From contig NC_057718.1 of assembly GCF_004010195.1 (NCBI RefSeq), forward strand, positions 36,435,772 through 36,495,944: 60,173 bases of DNA, written 5' to 3'. Origin of the DNA: Chiloscyllium plagiosum. Lineage: Eukaryota. Below are positions 1 to 12,180 of the stretch, one piece after another. Position 1 is the stretch's first letter. Every line of letters begins with the position of its first letter. A program made the translations under genes and the position numbers. Under the pieces are notes generated by a model, which worked only from the letters and a program-made list of their open reading frames with translations, searched no databases and was not told the DNA's origin.

Positions 1-639
1 CATGATCTTAGACCCCTCGTAAATTAGGGCCTTTGGCTCCTTCCCCTGGAGTCTGGAAGCCTCCATGACTTTCTCCTTATCCCAGAGTACCTGGGCTAGG
101 GAAGTAGAAAGGTAATGATGGAACCACACCAGGAAAGGACAAGGGCGTTGACCCAGACCCGAACTCCGTGCTGTGACCCGGTGAGCTCTCTCTATCTTCA
201 ATCCTCTTATGACAGTCTCCAAGTCAAGGAAGTTCGGAAGCCAATCTTCAACAAATTCCGCAAGCCGCTCACCTTCCTTACCCTCAGGCAGACCGATGAT
301 CCGAATGTTTTTTCTCCTGCCCCTGTTTTCAAGATTATCCACTTGGTCACGCAAATTATGAACCTGCGTCTTCAGGGCTTGGATCTCTTCCTTGAATGAA
401 CTGGCATCAGCTTCCACCACTGTGACCCTGTGCTCCACCTCATCCGTCTTCTTCTCCAGGTCTCCCAGCTGCTGCTCATGCTTCTGCAGCATGAGAGAGA
501 CTGGAGCCAGCTTCCCTTCAATCTGTTTCCCCAACATCTCGCAAGATTTTGACAGCTTGTTCACCAGGTCCTGGAGAGTAATCTGCTCCGAGGCTGCTGC
601 AGGCCCGGCCTCAGATGCTCCTCCTCCCTTTTTAGGCAT
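1..639 (-). CDS. L1 ORF1p-like RNA-binding protein (coiled coil plus RRM), partial, 213 codons with no stop inside the window
   Basis: Manual translation from the ATG at 639: MPKKGGGASEAGP...QVDNLENRGRRKNIRIIGLPEGKEGERLAEFVEDWL...KIERAHRV...DKEKVMEASR. The LENRxRRxNIRIxGLPE and IERAHR motifs are typical of L1 ORF1. Confidence 0.9.
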   Translation of the reverse strand, partial: MPKKGGGASEAGPAAASEQITLQDLVNKLSKSCEMLGKQIEGKLAPVSLMLQKHEQQLGDLEKKTDEVEHRVTVVEADASSFKEEIQALKTQVHNLRDQVDNLENRGRRKNIRIIGLPEGKEGERLAEFVEDWLPNFLDLETVIRGLKIERAHRVTARSSGLGQRPCPFLVWFHHYLSTSLAQVLWDKEKVMEASRLQGKEPKALIYEGSKIM

Positions 640-804
640 TTCTTGGACAGCTGAAAATACAGGTTAATCAATTTTTAAATGTTTCTTGGGGCTCCACAAT
701 CTTTCCAACGCCCCAAGAAATCCTGATGACCTGGGTTGGGTGGGTTAAAGGACCGTCCTGCTCCTGCTGCGATGCGAAGCTCTGCAGTGTGATCTTCTCA
801 GATC

Positions 805-815
805 GCCGCCATCTT
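805..815 (-). promoter_or_regulatory. YY1-like motif (AAGATGGCGGC) at the L1 5' terminus
   Basis: The plus strand reads gccgccatctt about 10 nt inside the element's 5' end, the position occupied by the YY1 site in mammalian L1 promoters. Confidence 0.6.
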
Positions 816-2974
816 AGATCCCCCACCTCTTCTGTTTTTAATAATTTGCAACTCTGTATCCTTCCCTTTTCTCTTCTCTGCTATGAATCATACAATCCTG
901 CAGAGACCCACTCTTTCAGCTTGTATTGCAAGAGAAAGTGCTGATGGGTCTACTCATCAGAAATCTTGCCTCCCCCACTGGCCTTGTGGAACCCTTCCTC
1001 CTGATTTACTTTGCCCAAAGGATTTGTTGATCTAATATTGGAACTTTACATTGTAGTTTAAACAAAAAAAATTAAAATGAGCAGACTTTCTTTCTCTCTT
1101 GAGTTATGCATCATTTCTATATGTCTGCCTTGTCAGAGCATTTTTTAAATGATTTAAGAGGATAGGATATGTGGGTGGGATCTTCTTCTTGAGTTCTCTG
1201 CCTGAAGGTAGATCCTTGGTGACCATTTGCTGAATCATTCAAAAGTGTTATGATTTTTTTTTTAGGGATAGTTCTTGAGTCTACCTCAACTGCAACGGTG
1301 TATCAACCCACATACTGTTAGGAGTATTTTGAGCTATCACTTTGAGGTATTCTCGCCATCACTTAGGAGAGAGCACCATCTTCGGAAGACTGTTGTTGGG
1401 AAGACTGCCCATTCCTAGCTGGCTTAAGTAAGTCATTTGGAGTAACACTTCAGAGGAGCACACAAAGGCCAAACCGTTGGACAGCAGGCTTCCTTCTGAA
1501 GGATGTCAGTGAATCATTTCTGTTTTTATGACAGCCTGAGAAATGCATGATCACTTTTAATGATGCCAGCCTTTCAAATCCGGATTGTGAAAAACTTCAC
1601 GATGGGATTTGAACTCACTTCTTTTAGCCCAGGTCTCAGATCACTAATTCATTCCTCCTGCTATGCAAAGAGAACGTTTGACACTCTACTATCTATATCA
1701 AATGATATCTTGCAAAATCCGACAACCGACCATCAAAACTTAGTTAAAACTGATTATCCCCATTGAGAGCCAACAGCCAATATTCACCAGTTGAAGCTGA
1801 ACTTCTGTGAGAGCCCTTGATTACAGTCTTGTGGCTTTTTTTTCCTACATCAATATCCAATAATATCAAGGAGAGCTCTTCGCAGATTGGAATATCAGCA
1901 CTCCCACAATCTGCAATTTTCAGCCTCAGACTCCATCTCCATTACAAACTAGACTGCATTGCAAAGGTAGAGAATTTAAAAATAAAAGGACCTCACAAGT
2001 GGCAATGCACCCAGTCTATGAAAAAGACTGAGTTCACTTTAAATTGCTGTCTCCAGAAGAATAACCAGCTCACCTCAAACTCACCAGAGCTTCAAAACCA
2101 AGATTGGAATGTATCATCTTTTCCCTTGCAAACTTTAACTTTTTTCATTTCCACCTCCCTACCACACTGCAAGTTGGTGAGTGTTTGGATATTATAAATT
2201 TAGAATGGGTTCTTAATTTTGCAATGAGTTTTATATTGTCTTGAGTGAGTTTGCAATAAAAACTTATGCCCTAATTTTGATTAATGCAAGTGATCTGTCT
2301 GGCTTGTTTCTTCTTAGTTTTGCATATAGTTGTGTACACACTGAATTGGAAAAAGCCCATCTCTATAAAAATTGAAAACTCTGTTATACCACCCTCAGGA
2401 GTGAAAAGAGAGGAAGTTATTCTCCCCTCTGGACTTGGTCATAATAAATTGGCGCAATACTTTAGGAGATAAGGAAACCTTAACATATTTTAAGTTATTT
2501 AATCAAAAGTGCATTTTAAATTAATTACTCAATCAATCTTGCATATAAATTAGCTGATAATAGTGTGCCTGGCAGCTAGCCTTTTATCCATTTCAGACAT
2601 ATTCAACAGTTCAGCTATAAAACATTGTGCAACATTTTTGGGTATGAACATAATACAAAACTGACAAAAAAATAAGACAGATGTTTGGAATGCCTTCAGC
2701 AAAAAACGTTCAGCTGAAGAACCACAATGAGAAAACCCAGCTGCAGCTGAGCTCACTCCATTTTAACCTTTCAATGTGTTGAACAACATGCTGAACTTTA
2801 ATTTGTCCTGTTTATGTGACAAAACAAGAAGAATAATTGCCTTTAACTATGAAGCGAAAGGCCCATTCTTCTGTTTCTTTTATGAATGACCAAAAGCTTG
2901 TTTAAAATAAAAAAATTGTGATGTTAAGTACTGAATCTATGCAGAATGTCCATTTTATGGAGGCCAGGTCTCAG

Positions 2975-3200
2975 ATAAAGGTTACGATGCAGAAGGAGGC
3001 CATTTGGTCTGCCGTGTCCATGCTAGCTCTCTGCGAGACATCTGTGAGTCCCACTCACCTGCCTTTTCCCTGTAGCTCTGAACTATTTTCTCTCTCTGTG
3101 CTTCTTCAATTGCCTTTTAAAAACCATGATTGAATCTGCCTTTCCATACTCTGAGACAGCACACTCTGAATCTTAACAACTCACTCTGCAGAGGAATTGT
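2975..3200 (-). mobile_element. Old, decayed CR1-type LINE 3' fragment
   Basis: cagaaggaggccatttggtc...catgctagctctc resembles the reverse complement of the CR1 3' ends elsewhere in the window. Confidence 0.45.
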
Positions 3201-3488
3201 TTTTGACAATGGGTTACTAGAACATGAAAAGCTTCAGCACAATGGGCTATAGAGCAAACACTAGAACATGAATTAATTAAAACTGAATAAGGATTGCAAT
3301 GCCAGAATCTTAAAAAGACATGGAGAAAAATGCAAGGGATTGGGGTTGGATAGATCAAATTGTTTCACCCTGTGTTGTAAATACTGCTTCTTTGATATCT
3401 GAACAGCAATGGCTTCAGCGTGTTTTTCCAGTAAACGGTAATGTGCACTTTATACAATAACAATCCCTTTTTAAAATAAATAATTATG

Positions 3489-4625
3489 AGGTACGGTTAC
3501 TAAGTTTACAGGTGACACCAAAATGGGTGCTGTGGTGGATAGTGAAGAAGATTATTTCAGAATACAATGGGGAACCTTGATCAGATGAGCCAATGGGCCA
3601 AGGAGCGGCAGATGGAGTTTAATTTAGATAAGTGTGAGGTGTTACATTTTGGTAAGGCAAACCAAGGCAGGACTTATACAGATAATGGTCGGGCCCTGAG
3701 GAATGAACAAAAGGGACCTTGGGATGCAGATGCATTGTTCCTGGAAAGTGGAGTCACAGGTAGACAAATTGGTGAAGAAGGCATTTGGCATGCTTGCCTT
3801 CATTGTTCAGTGCATTGAGTTTGGAGTTGGGTTGTCATGTTGAGGCTATACAAGACATTGGTGAGGTCACTTTTAGAATACTGCATACAATTCTGGTTGC
3901 CCTGCTATATGAAAAAATATTGGTAAACTTTAGACGGTGCAGAAAAGATTACAAGAATGTTGCCAAGATTGGAGGGTTTGAGCTACAGGAGAAGCTGAAT
4001 AGACTGAGGCTTTCTTTAAGAGTGGTACTGGAAAAGCACAGCAGGTCAGGCAGCATTCGAGAATCAGGAAAATCAACGTTTCAGGCAAAAGCCCTTCATC
4101 AGGATGAACGCCTTCATTCCTGATGAAGGGCTTTTTCCCGAACCGTCGATTATCCTGCTCCTCGGATGCTGCCTGACCTGCTGTGCTTTTTCAGCACCAC
4201 TCTAACCTTGACTCTAATCTGCAGCATCTGCGGTACCCACTTCTTTTCCCAACGCGTTAGAGACTGAGGGGTGGCCTTATAGAAGTTTATAAAATCATGA
4301 TGAGCATGGATAGGATTAATAGCCAAGGTCTTTTTCCTTGGGTGGGGAGTCCAAAATCAATTTAAGATGAGAAGGTAAACATTTAAAAGGGACCTGAGGG
4401 GTAATTATTTTCACACAGAGAGTGGCAGTTGTATAGAATGAACTGCCAGAGGAAGTGATGGAGGTCGGTACAATTAAACATTTAAGATGTATCTGGATGG
4501 GTATATGAATAGGAAGGCTTTAGGGGGATATGGACCAAATGTAGGCAAATGGGACTAAGTCAGATTAGGATGTCTGGTCAGCGTGGATGAGTTGGATAGA
4601 AGGGTCCATGCTGCATGACTCTAAA
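3489..4625 (+). mobile_element. HER1/CR1 LINE, 5'-truncated (RT C-terminus plus 3' UTR), interrupted by a palindromic insert
   Basis: KFxxDTKxG, QMEFNLDKCEVLHFGK and YCIQFW motifs with frameshifts; ends in the catgactcta tail. Confidence 0.9.
4018..4242. mobile_element. Penelope-like fold-back mini-element (inverted terminal repeats) nested in CR1
   Basis: 4019-4104 and 4118-4203 are inverted copies. Each arm carries a decayed hammerhead-like core, and the right arm has an unpaired tail of about 40 nt. Confidence 0.8.
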
Positions 4626-6221
4626 ACTAAATCCTCTTCAGCAAAACTCTTGAAGCTCTTCTATTTTCAGAGTTTACCAGAAATAGATTTGCTCATTGTA
4701 CTCAAATATTGTGAATATCAACTGTAAATTTGAAACTTAAAAGTATATTTAAGAATAAGCTTTTAGCAATAACATTGAAGATTGTGATCTCTTTCCAAAA
4801 TGAATATGTAAGATACAGTCGATGTACCTTAGTATCAACAAAACTTGTCTAAACTTCCATTGTCAACAAAGAACAATTATTGGTAGCAAGGACAGTGTGG
4901 TGACTTCAGTAAGTACAATTATAATTACAGCTACAGTAATTAAAATTCCAGTTAAAATGATGTAGAATTATGGCCTTTTAGTTAAAGTTTATTAATGATG
5001 ACTTTACAACGTGACAACTAGAAAGAATTGTGACTCTGCAGAGTTTAAATATGTCACATCCTGTGCTTTCAGAGATAATGACATGAATGTAACTTGTTTA
5101 TTCTAAGATCACCAACTAAAAATGAATTATTAGTTCTAAGAGTGCACAAACAAAATCAAATTATTTCATAATAGGTGCCTCTTCAGGAATAGTTGAAAGG
5201 ATTTAATGACTTTTCCAATGGGAAGTTTTGTACTGGGGAGGTAATTTAAACACATGGGTGGGTGGCTGGTATCCACCTCCATATTGATTAAGTCAATGGT
5301 TGGAAAGTTGGCCTTCCTACTCCACTGTCAATTGAGACCTTTAAGTAGACTATTCACTGCCCCTGGTATTGACCTCATAACAGGCAGGGGACTTGCAATG
5401 TGAGGTTGCTTGGAGGGTCCTGGGACTGGACATATGTAGTGGTCCCTGTTCAAACAGCATTCAGTGTCTAATCAAGAAATCCGGCACCAGGAAGGAGGAA
5501 CCCACGAGCAGTCATCTCCTACCCTTTCCCATGCCCCTGTCTTCACCTGTACTGTGAACCACCGTAAGCCACATCCTTCCCATCATCCTGCCCCTGGAAT
5601 CAGTGACAGCCTTGGGTTGGTGTCACATCAGTTGCAGGCACTGCCTGTCGGTTGGCACTGCCACTCAATAAAACCACCTGCCTCTGAGTGACTGGAAATT
5701 CTTGGCAGGCAGGTCATCTGGTTCCTGAGGTCTATGATTCCGAAGAAGTCCTGCCTCTCCACAAAGATCAAGACCCATTAAATGCCATCCATTGCCAACA
5801 TATTTTGAACAACTCTCGCGCAATTTAAAAAAAACAGAATCACAGAAATTACATTCTTTTTGTTAGCCTCTAATAAAATTCCCAGTAAATGGAGGTGTGT
5901 GCCACGAATGAGCTCTACAGTACCTGGCCAAAAGGTCTTGTGATAACTGGTGTCAAAATGCAATATAAATAGTCCATTAGTGTTACCAAGCCAGAATTAA
6001 CCAGGAACAGAAGATCAGACTTCCAAGGTTGAATGGCCCATGCATGTGCCTCCATGCTAACATATTGAGTGGACCTTAACTAGATACATTCGATGAATTG
6101 CGGAATCTTCAACTTATACCTTAAGTTCATGTCTCAGAAGTGTGTAGGATTATTTATTTGGCCAAGTAATCATGACGGCACAGCACCAGAAGACTCTTTA
6201 TTAACATTAAAAATCACTCAG

Positions 6222-7120
6222 TCAAAAATTGTGGCACTGGAAAAGCACAGCCAGTCAGGCAGCATCCGAGGAGCAGGACAATCGACCTTTCGAGCATAAG
6301 CTCTTCATCAGGAATTGGGGTAAGGGTGCAAGGGGGCTGAGAGATAAATGGGAAGTGGGTGGGGCAGGGGGTAGGTAGCTAAAAATGCAATTGGTAGGTG
6401 AAAGTGGGGGGGGGGGGCGGTGATCGTGGTAGGTCAGAGCGGAGGGTGGAGCGGATAGGTGGGAAGGAAGATGGACAAGTAGGACAGTTCAGGAGAGTGG
6501 TGCCAAGTTGGAGGGTTGATCTGGGATAAGGTGGGGGAAGTGAAGATGAGGAAACTGGTGAAATCGACATTGAACCCATGTGGTTGGAAGGTCCCAAGGT
6601 AGAAGGTGAGGTGTTCTTCCTCCAGGCACCAGGTGGCTAGGAGTTGGCAGTGGAGGAGGTTCAGGACTTACATGTCCTTGGCGGAGTGGGAGGGGGAGTT
6701 GAAGTGGTTGACCACAGGGAGGTGGGATTGCTTAGCGCGTGTGTCCCAGAGATATTCTCTGAAATGATCCGCATGTTGGTGTCCTGTCTCCCCAAAGTAG
6801 AGGAGACCACAGTGAGAGCAACGGACACAGTAGATGAGGTGTTTGAATGTGCAGGAAAATCTCCACCAGATGTGGAAGGCTCCTTTGGGGCCTTGGATGG
6901 AGGTGAGTGGGGAGGTGAGCGCATAGGTTTTACACTCCTGCAATGGCAAGGGAAGGTGCCGAGAGTGGAGGGTGGGTTAATGGGGGTGTCGCAGAGGGAA
7001 TGGTCTCTGCGGAATGCTGAAAGGGGTGGGGAGGGAAGATGCTGCCTGACTGGCTGTGCTTTTCCAGTGCCACACTTTTTGACTCTGACCCCCAGCATCT
7101 GCAGTCCTCACTTGCTTCTT
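6222..7120 (-). mobile_element. Penelope-like element 3' part: GIY-YIG endonuclease remnant, terminal repeat and partial inverted repeat
   Basis: ORF 6668-6949 reads FSCTFKHLIYCVRCSHCGLLYFGET...HFREYL...PVVNHFNSPSHS (PLE GIY-YIG). 6225-6265 is inverted relative to 7038-7082. Confidence 0.88.
6668..6949 (-). pseudogene. GIY-YIG endonuclease domain fragment of a Penelope-like element
   Basis: LIYCVRCxxCGLLYxGET with the CCHH-type residues characteristic of PLE endonucleases; premature stop. Confidence 0.85.
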
Positions 7121-8577
7121 AAAAATCATTCAGTTGATCACAGCATTTGTAAGAGCACATGCAGAGATCTGCTTTACTGAGAAAACTGGGAACAGTTGTT
7201 GAAGTAATATTTGTCAAATAACTGGGTTATTAGTGTTATGTATGGAAGGTCTGAATGTAACATTTCAAGTGGCTAGTTCTATACATCATAAAGAAATAAG
7301 CTGAATGGCATATAGATTCCTGTAGTGCCTCATCACTTGCTTATTTGCTTACTTATGTTGCAAGCCAATACTCCTTATAGTCTGAGAATATTAAACCACT
7401 CCAAATTATATTCATCACTTCTATCAATCTCGCCCCACCACACGAGTATCGAGGCAATGTATGTTTTCATGATGCTCTATTTTAACAGATAACACAGCAG
7501 CTGTCTTCTGAGCAGATGGCCTGGATTCGAATCCCACGGCTGCCAATCATTCAGACTCCCTTGCCACTCTTATAATCAGCTCTTCTCTAAGATGTGAAGA
7601 GAAGGTTTGTTAACAGGTTTACTCATTGCATTTGATTCAACATCATGTCAGTCACACAGTAACACAATTTTAATTATATTGTGCATACAATGCTGAGGAA
7701 TGACCAGTGAAAATGAGTTCATTTGACGTTCAGGATCTTTGTGCTCAATTGTGCATGAAGATATAAATAATAAAAACAGGCAATACAAAGAATACTTTAA
7801 ATATTGCAATTCAGAGATTTAAGACTTAGTGGTGATCAAGGGTAGAATTCTCTCCTTTCACTTCTGAGGCTTCTCACAGGAAATTGCTTTTAAAAACGCA
7901 AAAACTGGGTCAGATACTTTCAATGCATTTCCCAGTGGCCACTGAATGAAAACCCAAACTTGCCTCCAATTAGACAATCTTACTCACCTCGCTTGTAAGA
8001 AAAGATGGTGAACGAAATCAAAATGTCAGATGCAGTTAATAAGAACATTCAGTAATCCAAGAAGATTTACCCAAGTAAAATCCTTACCACAGATATCTCT
8101 CACAGTATTTTTCATATATGTTTGGGTTTTAATTTCCTTGCCTATTTCAACAAGAAATAAAAGTACAAAGGGAGAAAACATTATTAACATTTGTAATAGA
8201 ACTTGCCCTTATGTGGACATGATTAGATCCCATCAATTTTAGACTGTCTGGTTCTCTTAAAATCATCCAATAACTTTTGAAAGTATTTTTGTTGAAACCT
8301 AATCCATATGTTTTGCACAAACTGCTGAAGTGGATTTATCCAATTTAAGCAGATGCTAAAAGTGGTTTTCTTCAGTGCAGTTGTTTGGGTGAAAGCACTT
8401 CCTCTGGTATTAAAGCATAACCAGGCGCAATTTTGCATTGGTTGAGAATTTTCAGGAGTTGGGATTCCAGGACCAAGCCCCAGATTGATCTGACTGACAC
8501 AGTCCTTCATGACCTTCCAGGTGTCAGCCTTTTCATTGACGAAATCTGAGCAAAATACCAGGGATGCTGGACAAAAG

Positions 8578-8660
8578 AAATAAAAACAGAAAGTGCTGGA
8601 GAAACTCAGCAGGTCAGGCAGCATCCATAGAGAGAAAGCAGAGTTAACATCTCAGGACTA
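8578..8660. mobile_element. Older, diverged Penelope-like terminal-repeat fragment
   Basis: gtgctggagaaactcagcaggtcaggcagcatc matches the core of the other PLE terminal repeats in the window. Confidence 0.6.
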
Positions 8661-8689
8661 ATGTAATTTTCCTTTGGAACTCTTAATTG

Positions 8690-9300
8690 ATAGTCTACCT
8701 GTGTATTGTAGGTGGTGTGCCACCATACACAGGTTGGTGGCTGCCATGGACAGTCAGGTCCAGTACCTGGATAGTCTGCAGAACAGTCCTGAGATGAATG
8801 GGCCCTCCACCTTGCCTCTGGTAATTACAGCCGAGGAGAGTCCACATGTCTCTGGCAAGATAGCCCTCTGGGTTGTCCACACTCAAATGGTCCTGGATAA
8901 CCTGACCAAATCTCCAGGGCCAAAGGGCTCCACTCATGGACATGTTCGCTTCACTGCAGCTGTGCAACTGGGACCATACCATAATGTAGTGGGAGGGAGA
9001 GAAAGAAGAGAATGTATTGAAGGCGTTTTGGGAAACATTGCACTGTACACAAAGTATCATGTTTGTATGAATGTCATTGTTTTGCCTTGAATGGATTTCT
9101 GTGCAGCCCTGAATGTAACCATGGCAGCATGATACTATCTTTGTATCCATACAGGACGTCCCATGCCTGTGTTGAGATCCTGGTGCAATATGTAGAAGCA
9201 GGATGAACAGGGTATATACAGGCTAATGGGTCCTGCTGAAACCACTGCCCCTCACCCGAAAGCATCCTGCTTCTTTACTTGCTCACTGTATCCAAAGTTG
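8690..9300 (-). mobile_element. Possible heavily decayed PIF/Harbinger transposase relic
   Basis: Weak ordered similarity on the minus strand: SGF.. (cf. SGSFQ), IQGCTEIH (cf. VQGAIDCTH), GYLARD (cf. GWLLGD), GG..LQY. Confidence 0.3.
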
Positions 9301-11559
9301 TTGGTGTGAATCTGTTGGTCAGTAATGCCTGAGGCAGGGAAGTACACTGCAAATAGGGACCATTAGAATTGCCAGGGATGAGGGTGCCTGAGATCTATAT
9401 TCTGCACAGTGTGGAATGTTGTTTCACTTTAAAATGCCTCACATCAGTGGGCCCTGCACCTCTCTCCACCACAAGCCGAATCACTTACCCCCATCCACTC
9501 TGGGAAGCGATGGTGAACTTTCTGGGGTTAGTGGCTGTCAGCCTCCTCCTGCTCTACATTTTGGTGAGATCCTGAACATGCAGCTCCTCTTGCTGACAGC
9601 CCTTCACATGAATTGTCATAGACTTCATGACTTTCCCAGGCCCCACCCAATGCTTCGCCATAAAGTTACATCTGCCCACCCTTCCCCTGCAGCTCTGATC
9701 CAGATGTGGTCAAACGTTATCCATCTGCCATCTTGAAACCAAAGTGCTCTTGACTGAGAAAAAGCCCCTCCTGCATGACCACCACCTCCACTTTTCCACT
9801 CATGCTCCACCAAACCCACTCATTCCTTACAAATACTGTTTTCCATTTTCTTAATTGTCACAACCCCACCCCCTTCATCCCCCCCACCTCCTCAGCCTGC
9901 AGCTCGAAGGTTAGGTTCCCAACATTATCATGGGGTGACACTGGAAAAGTACTTAATTAGTTGTAATGCATTTTGGGACATTCTGAGGTTGTGAAAGGTG
10001 TTATATAAATGTGAGTCTTTCTTGCATCTTAAATTGTCAATATAATTCCATAATCAAAAAGAGGGGTAGGTAAACACAGGCAATGGCAGTGTCACCTCGA
10101 TTCTTACATCAAATAAAGGAACTGATCGTAAAGAATTAACACAAGGAGTGCCTGGCTGTTGTACCCAAATCACAATCGATTTTGTTCAGTGTCTTTGATG
10201 CAATAAAATATCCACAAAGGTGGTAATAAACTAAAGTTTAACACCAACCCATATACCGAGGCAACACAAGAGAAAATGAGCAAAATCTGAGTCAAAGATG
10301 TAGATTTTATGAAGTATCTGAAATGAGGATAAAGAGAGAGACAGTTGGCAAACTGTGGTGAAAATTTCAGATCTAAAGTATTCCATCAGAAATGGTTAAG
10401 AATCTAGAATTAGAGGAACACACACATCTTGAAAGGATATGACACTAAAGGAGACATCAGAGAGAGAGAGAGATTTGAAAATACAGATGAGAATGTTAAA
10501 ATCGAAGTATTACTTTACTCAAGGGTAAACATTAACCAGCAAGTACAGGAATGATGGATGAAGAGGACCTTGTGTGAGTTGTAAACAGACAATGGGATAT
10601 TGGATGACCTCACATTTATGGAGAGTAGAGTGGATAAGAGTGCATTGGTATAGTCAAGTCTATAGGTTAAAAAGACAGGACTGAGCTCCAAATGTTCAGC
10701 TCCAAAAAGCTTTATACTTTTCCTACAACTATTTGCAGCAATTAAAATGCCATCAAAGTTTACATGTTGAATGTCAAGTGTACAACCAGCCCTTTAGTGT
10801 GCATTTAACTTGAGCAAGATAAGCATGCAGGATGATCCATCGTTAAAATTCAGGAAATTAAAAAGCAACAGCTCATTACCATTAAATTGACTGCAAAACT
10901 GAAGCTTTTGAACATTGTGTGTGAGAGCAATCTAAAAAGACCAGATGCACAAGTCAAGCAGTGAGCTGAAAATATTGGAACTTGTGCAATTTCTGGGTTG
11001 CTGTACATCCAAATTATGCCAATGGGCACAATAACACCAGGTGGACCAACAGCCCCTTGCCCTTTGTTAAAATAATTCAATTTACCAAGTATAACCAAAT
11101 GAAAAAAATGAATGAGAGCCAGCCCACTGCCTACCATAAAAATCCAGTAAAAACTAATGGATACTTAAAATAACTCACAGCTTGATTTATTGGTGCAGCC
11201 GCTGTGTTCAAAGTTCCTGCATTAAGCCAGAAGTGGAAGCCTCAAACACGCACTGTGAAATAACAGCATATACTACTTAATAGATAACTCTCTGGTCTTC
11301 TGCTCCTAGCAGAAAGGCTAATACACTGGGAATACATATTAAATGTTATGTATGCGCAATGTATCCTTTCTTTAAATATTAATTTTGTGTGGTTGCAAAG
11401 TAATATACAGCATATGCCCAAGCTCCTTCAATGTCAATATAAAGCCAGAACACAACCCCAAATGCATCCTTAATGAGGCACAGAACAAACTGGTCAGCTA
11501 CTGTGATCAGCTGGCGAATTTTACCAATATAATTTGAATATTGAACTTAAAAGCATGCC

Positions 11560-11930
11560 CTCAGCAGTTATTCAGACTGACTGAAGTTGGGAAGTGATAT
11601 TCTGCAGGATTGGCGCTGGAGCCATTCCCTCGCTGCTCAGTGAAATAATTTGGATGAGGGAATTGGAAGCGGGAGTTTTGAATGGATGATTATATAAAAT
11701 ATGGGAAGACTTAAATAAACTTGCAGAATGGATACGTAACTGGAAAATTAACTGTAATATAGATAGGCTTCGAGTGGTACTTTTTTGGTCGGAAGCATAA
11801 TGAGGTAATATTGTTTAGGAGAATAAGGGTTGAAATTGGGTCACAGGGAAAGTGATCTGAAGGTACAGATTCCAGATCACTAAACGGAGCAGCGTAGGTT
11901 CATGAGATCGCACTAAGCTTGTGCTTTATT
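11560..11930 (+). mobile_element. Ancient CR1 RT fragment
   Basis: Degenerate GVPQGSVLGP / INDLDEG / LAEW..W..FN-like sequence. Confidence 0.5.
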
Positions 11931-12180
11931 TTTAGAGATGAAATTGAAAACTAGAGAAATTGGCCTGGATTTCAAGATGGAATCACAAGCATCAGGCATT
12001 TCCAACAATGTGATCTTGTTCTCTGCCTGGCAGTGTTCATCCACATACATCTGTCCCAGGAATAGCAGGAGGTCAGGTTTACCAGCTCCCAAAGCAAGCG
12101 CAAGGAAAGAACAGAAGTATTTAGGTGCTGAGGCAGGCAGGTTAGCAGACCCGCATTCACACATGGGAACACCTTCCAGT

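Larger units (their letters stand above)
1..824 (-). mobile_element. 5' end of an L1-clade LINE (5' UTR plus ORF1), continuing off the left edge of the window
   Basis: The minus strand begins GGGGGATCTAAGATGGCGGC (G-run plus YY1-type motif), followed by about 185 nt of UTR and then an L1-type ORF1. Confidence 0.85.

Noticed and set aside
115..667. Plus-strand ORFs 115-399 and 392-667
   Set aside because: They are antisense shadows of the minus-strand L1 ORF1.
6644..7180. 178-aa plus ORF (and 20169-20705, 20479-20850) as host genes
   Set aside because: They are alternative or antisense frames of the Penelope-like GIY-YIG remnants.
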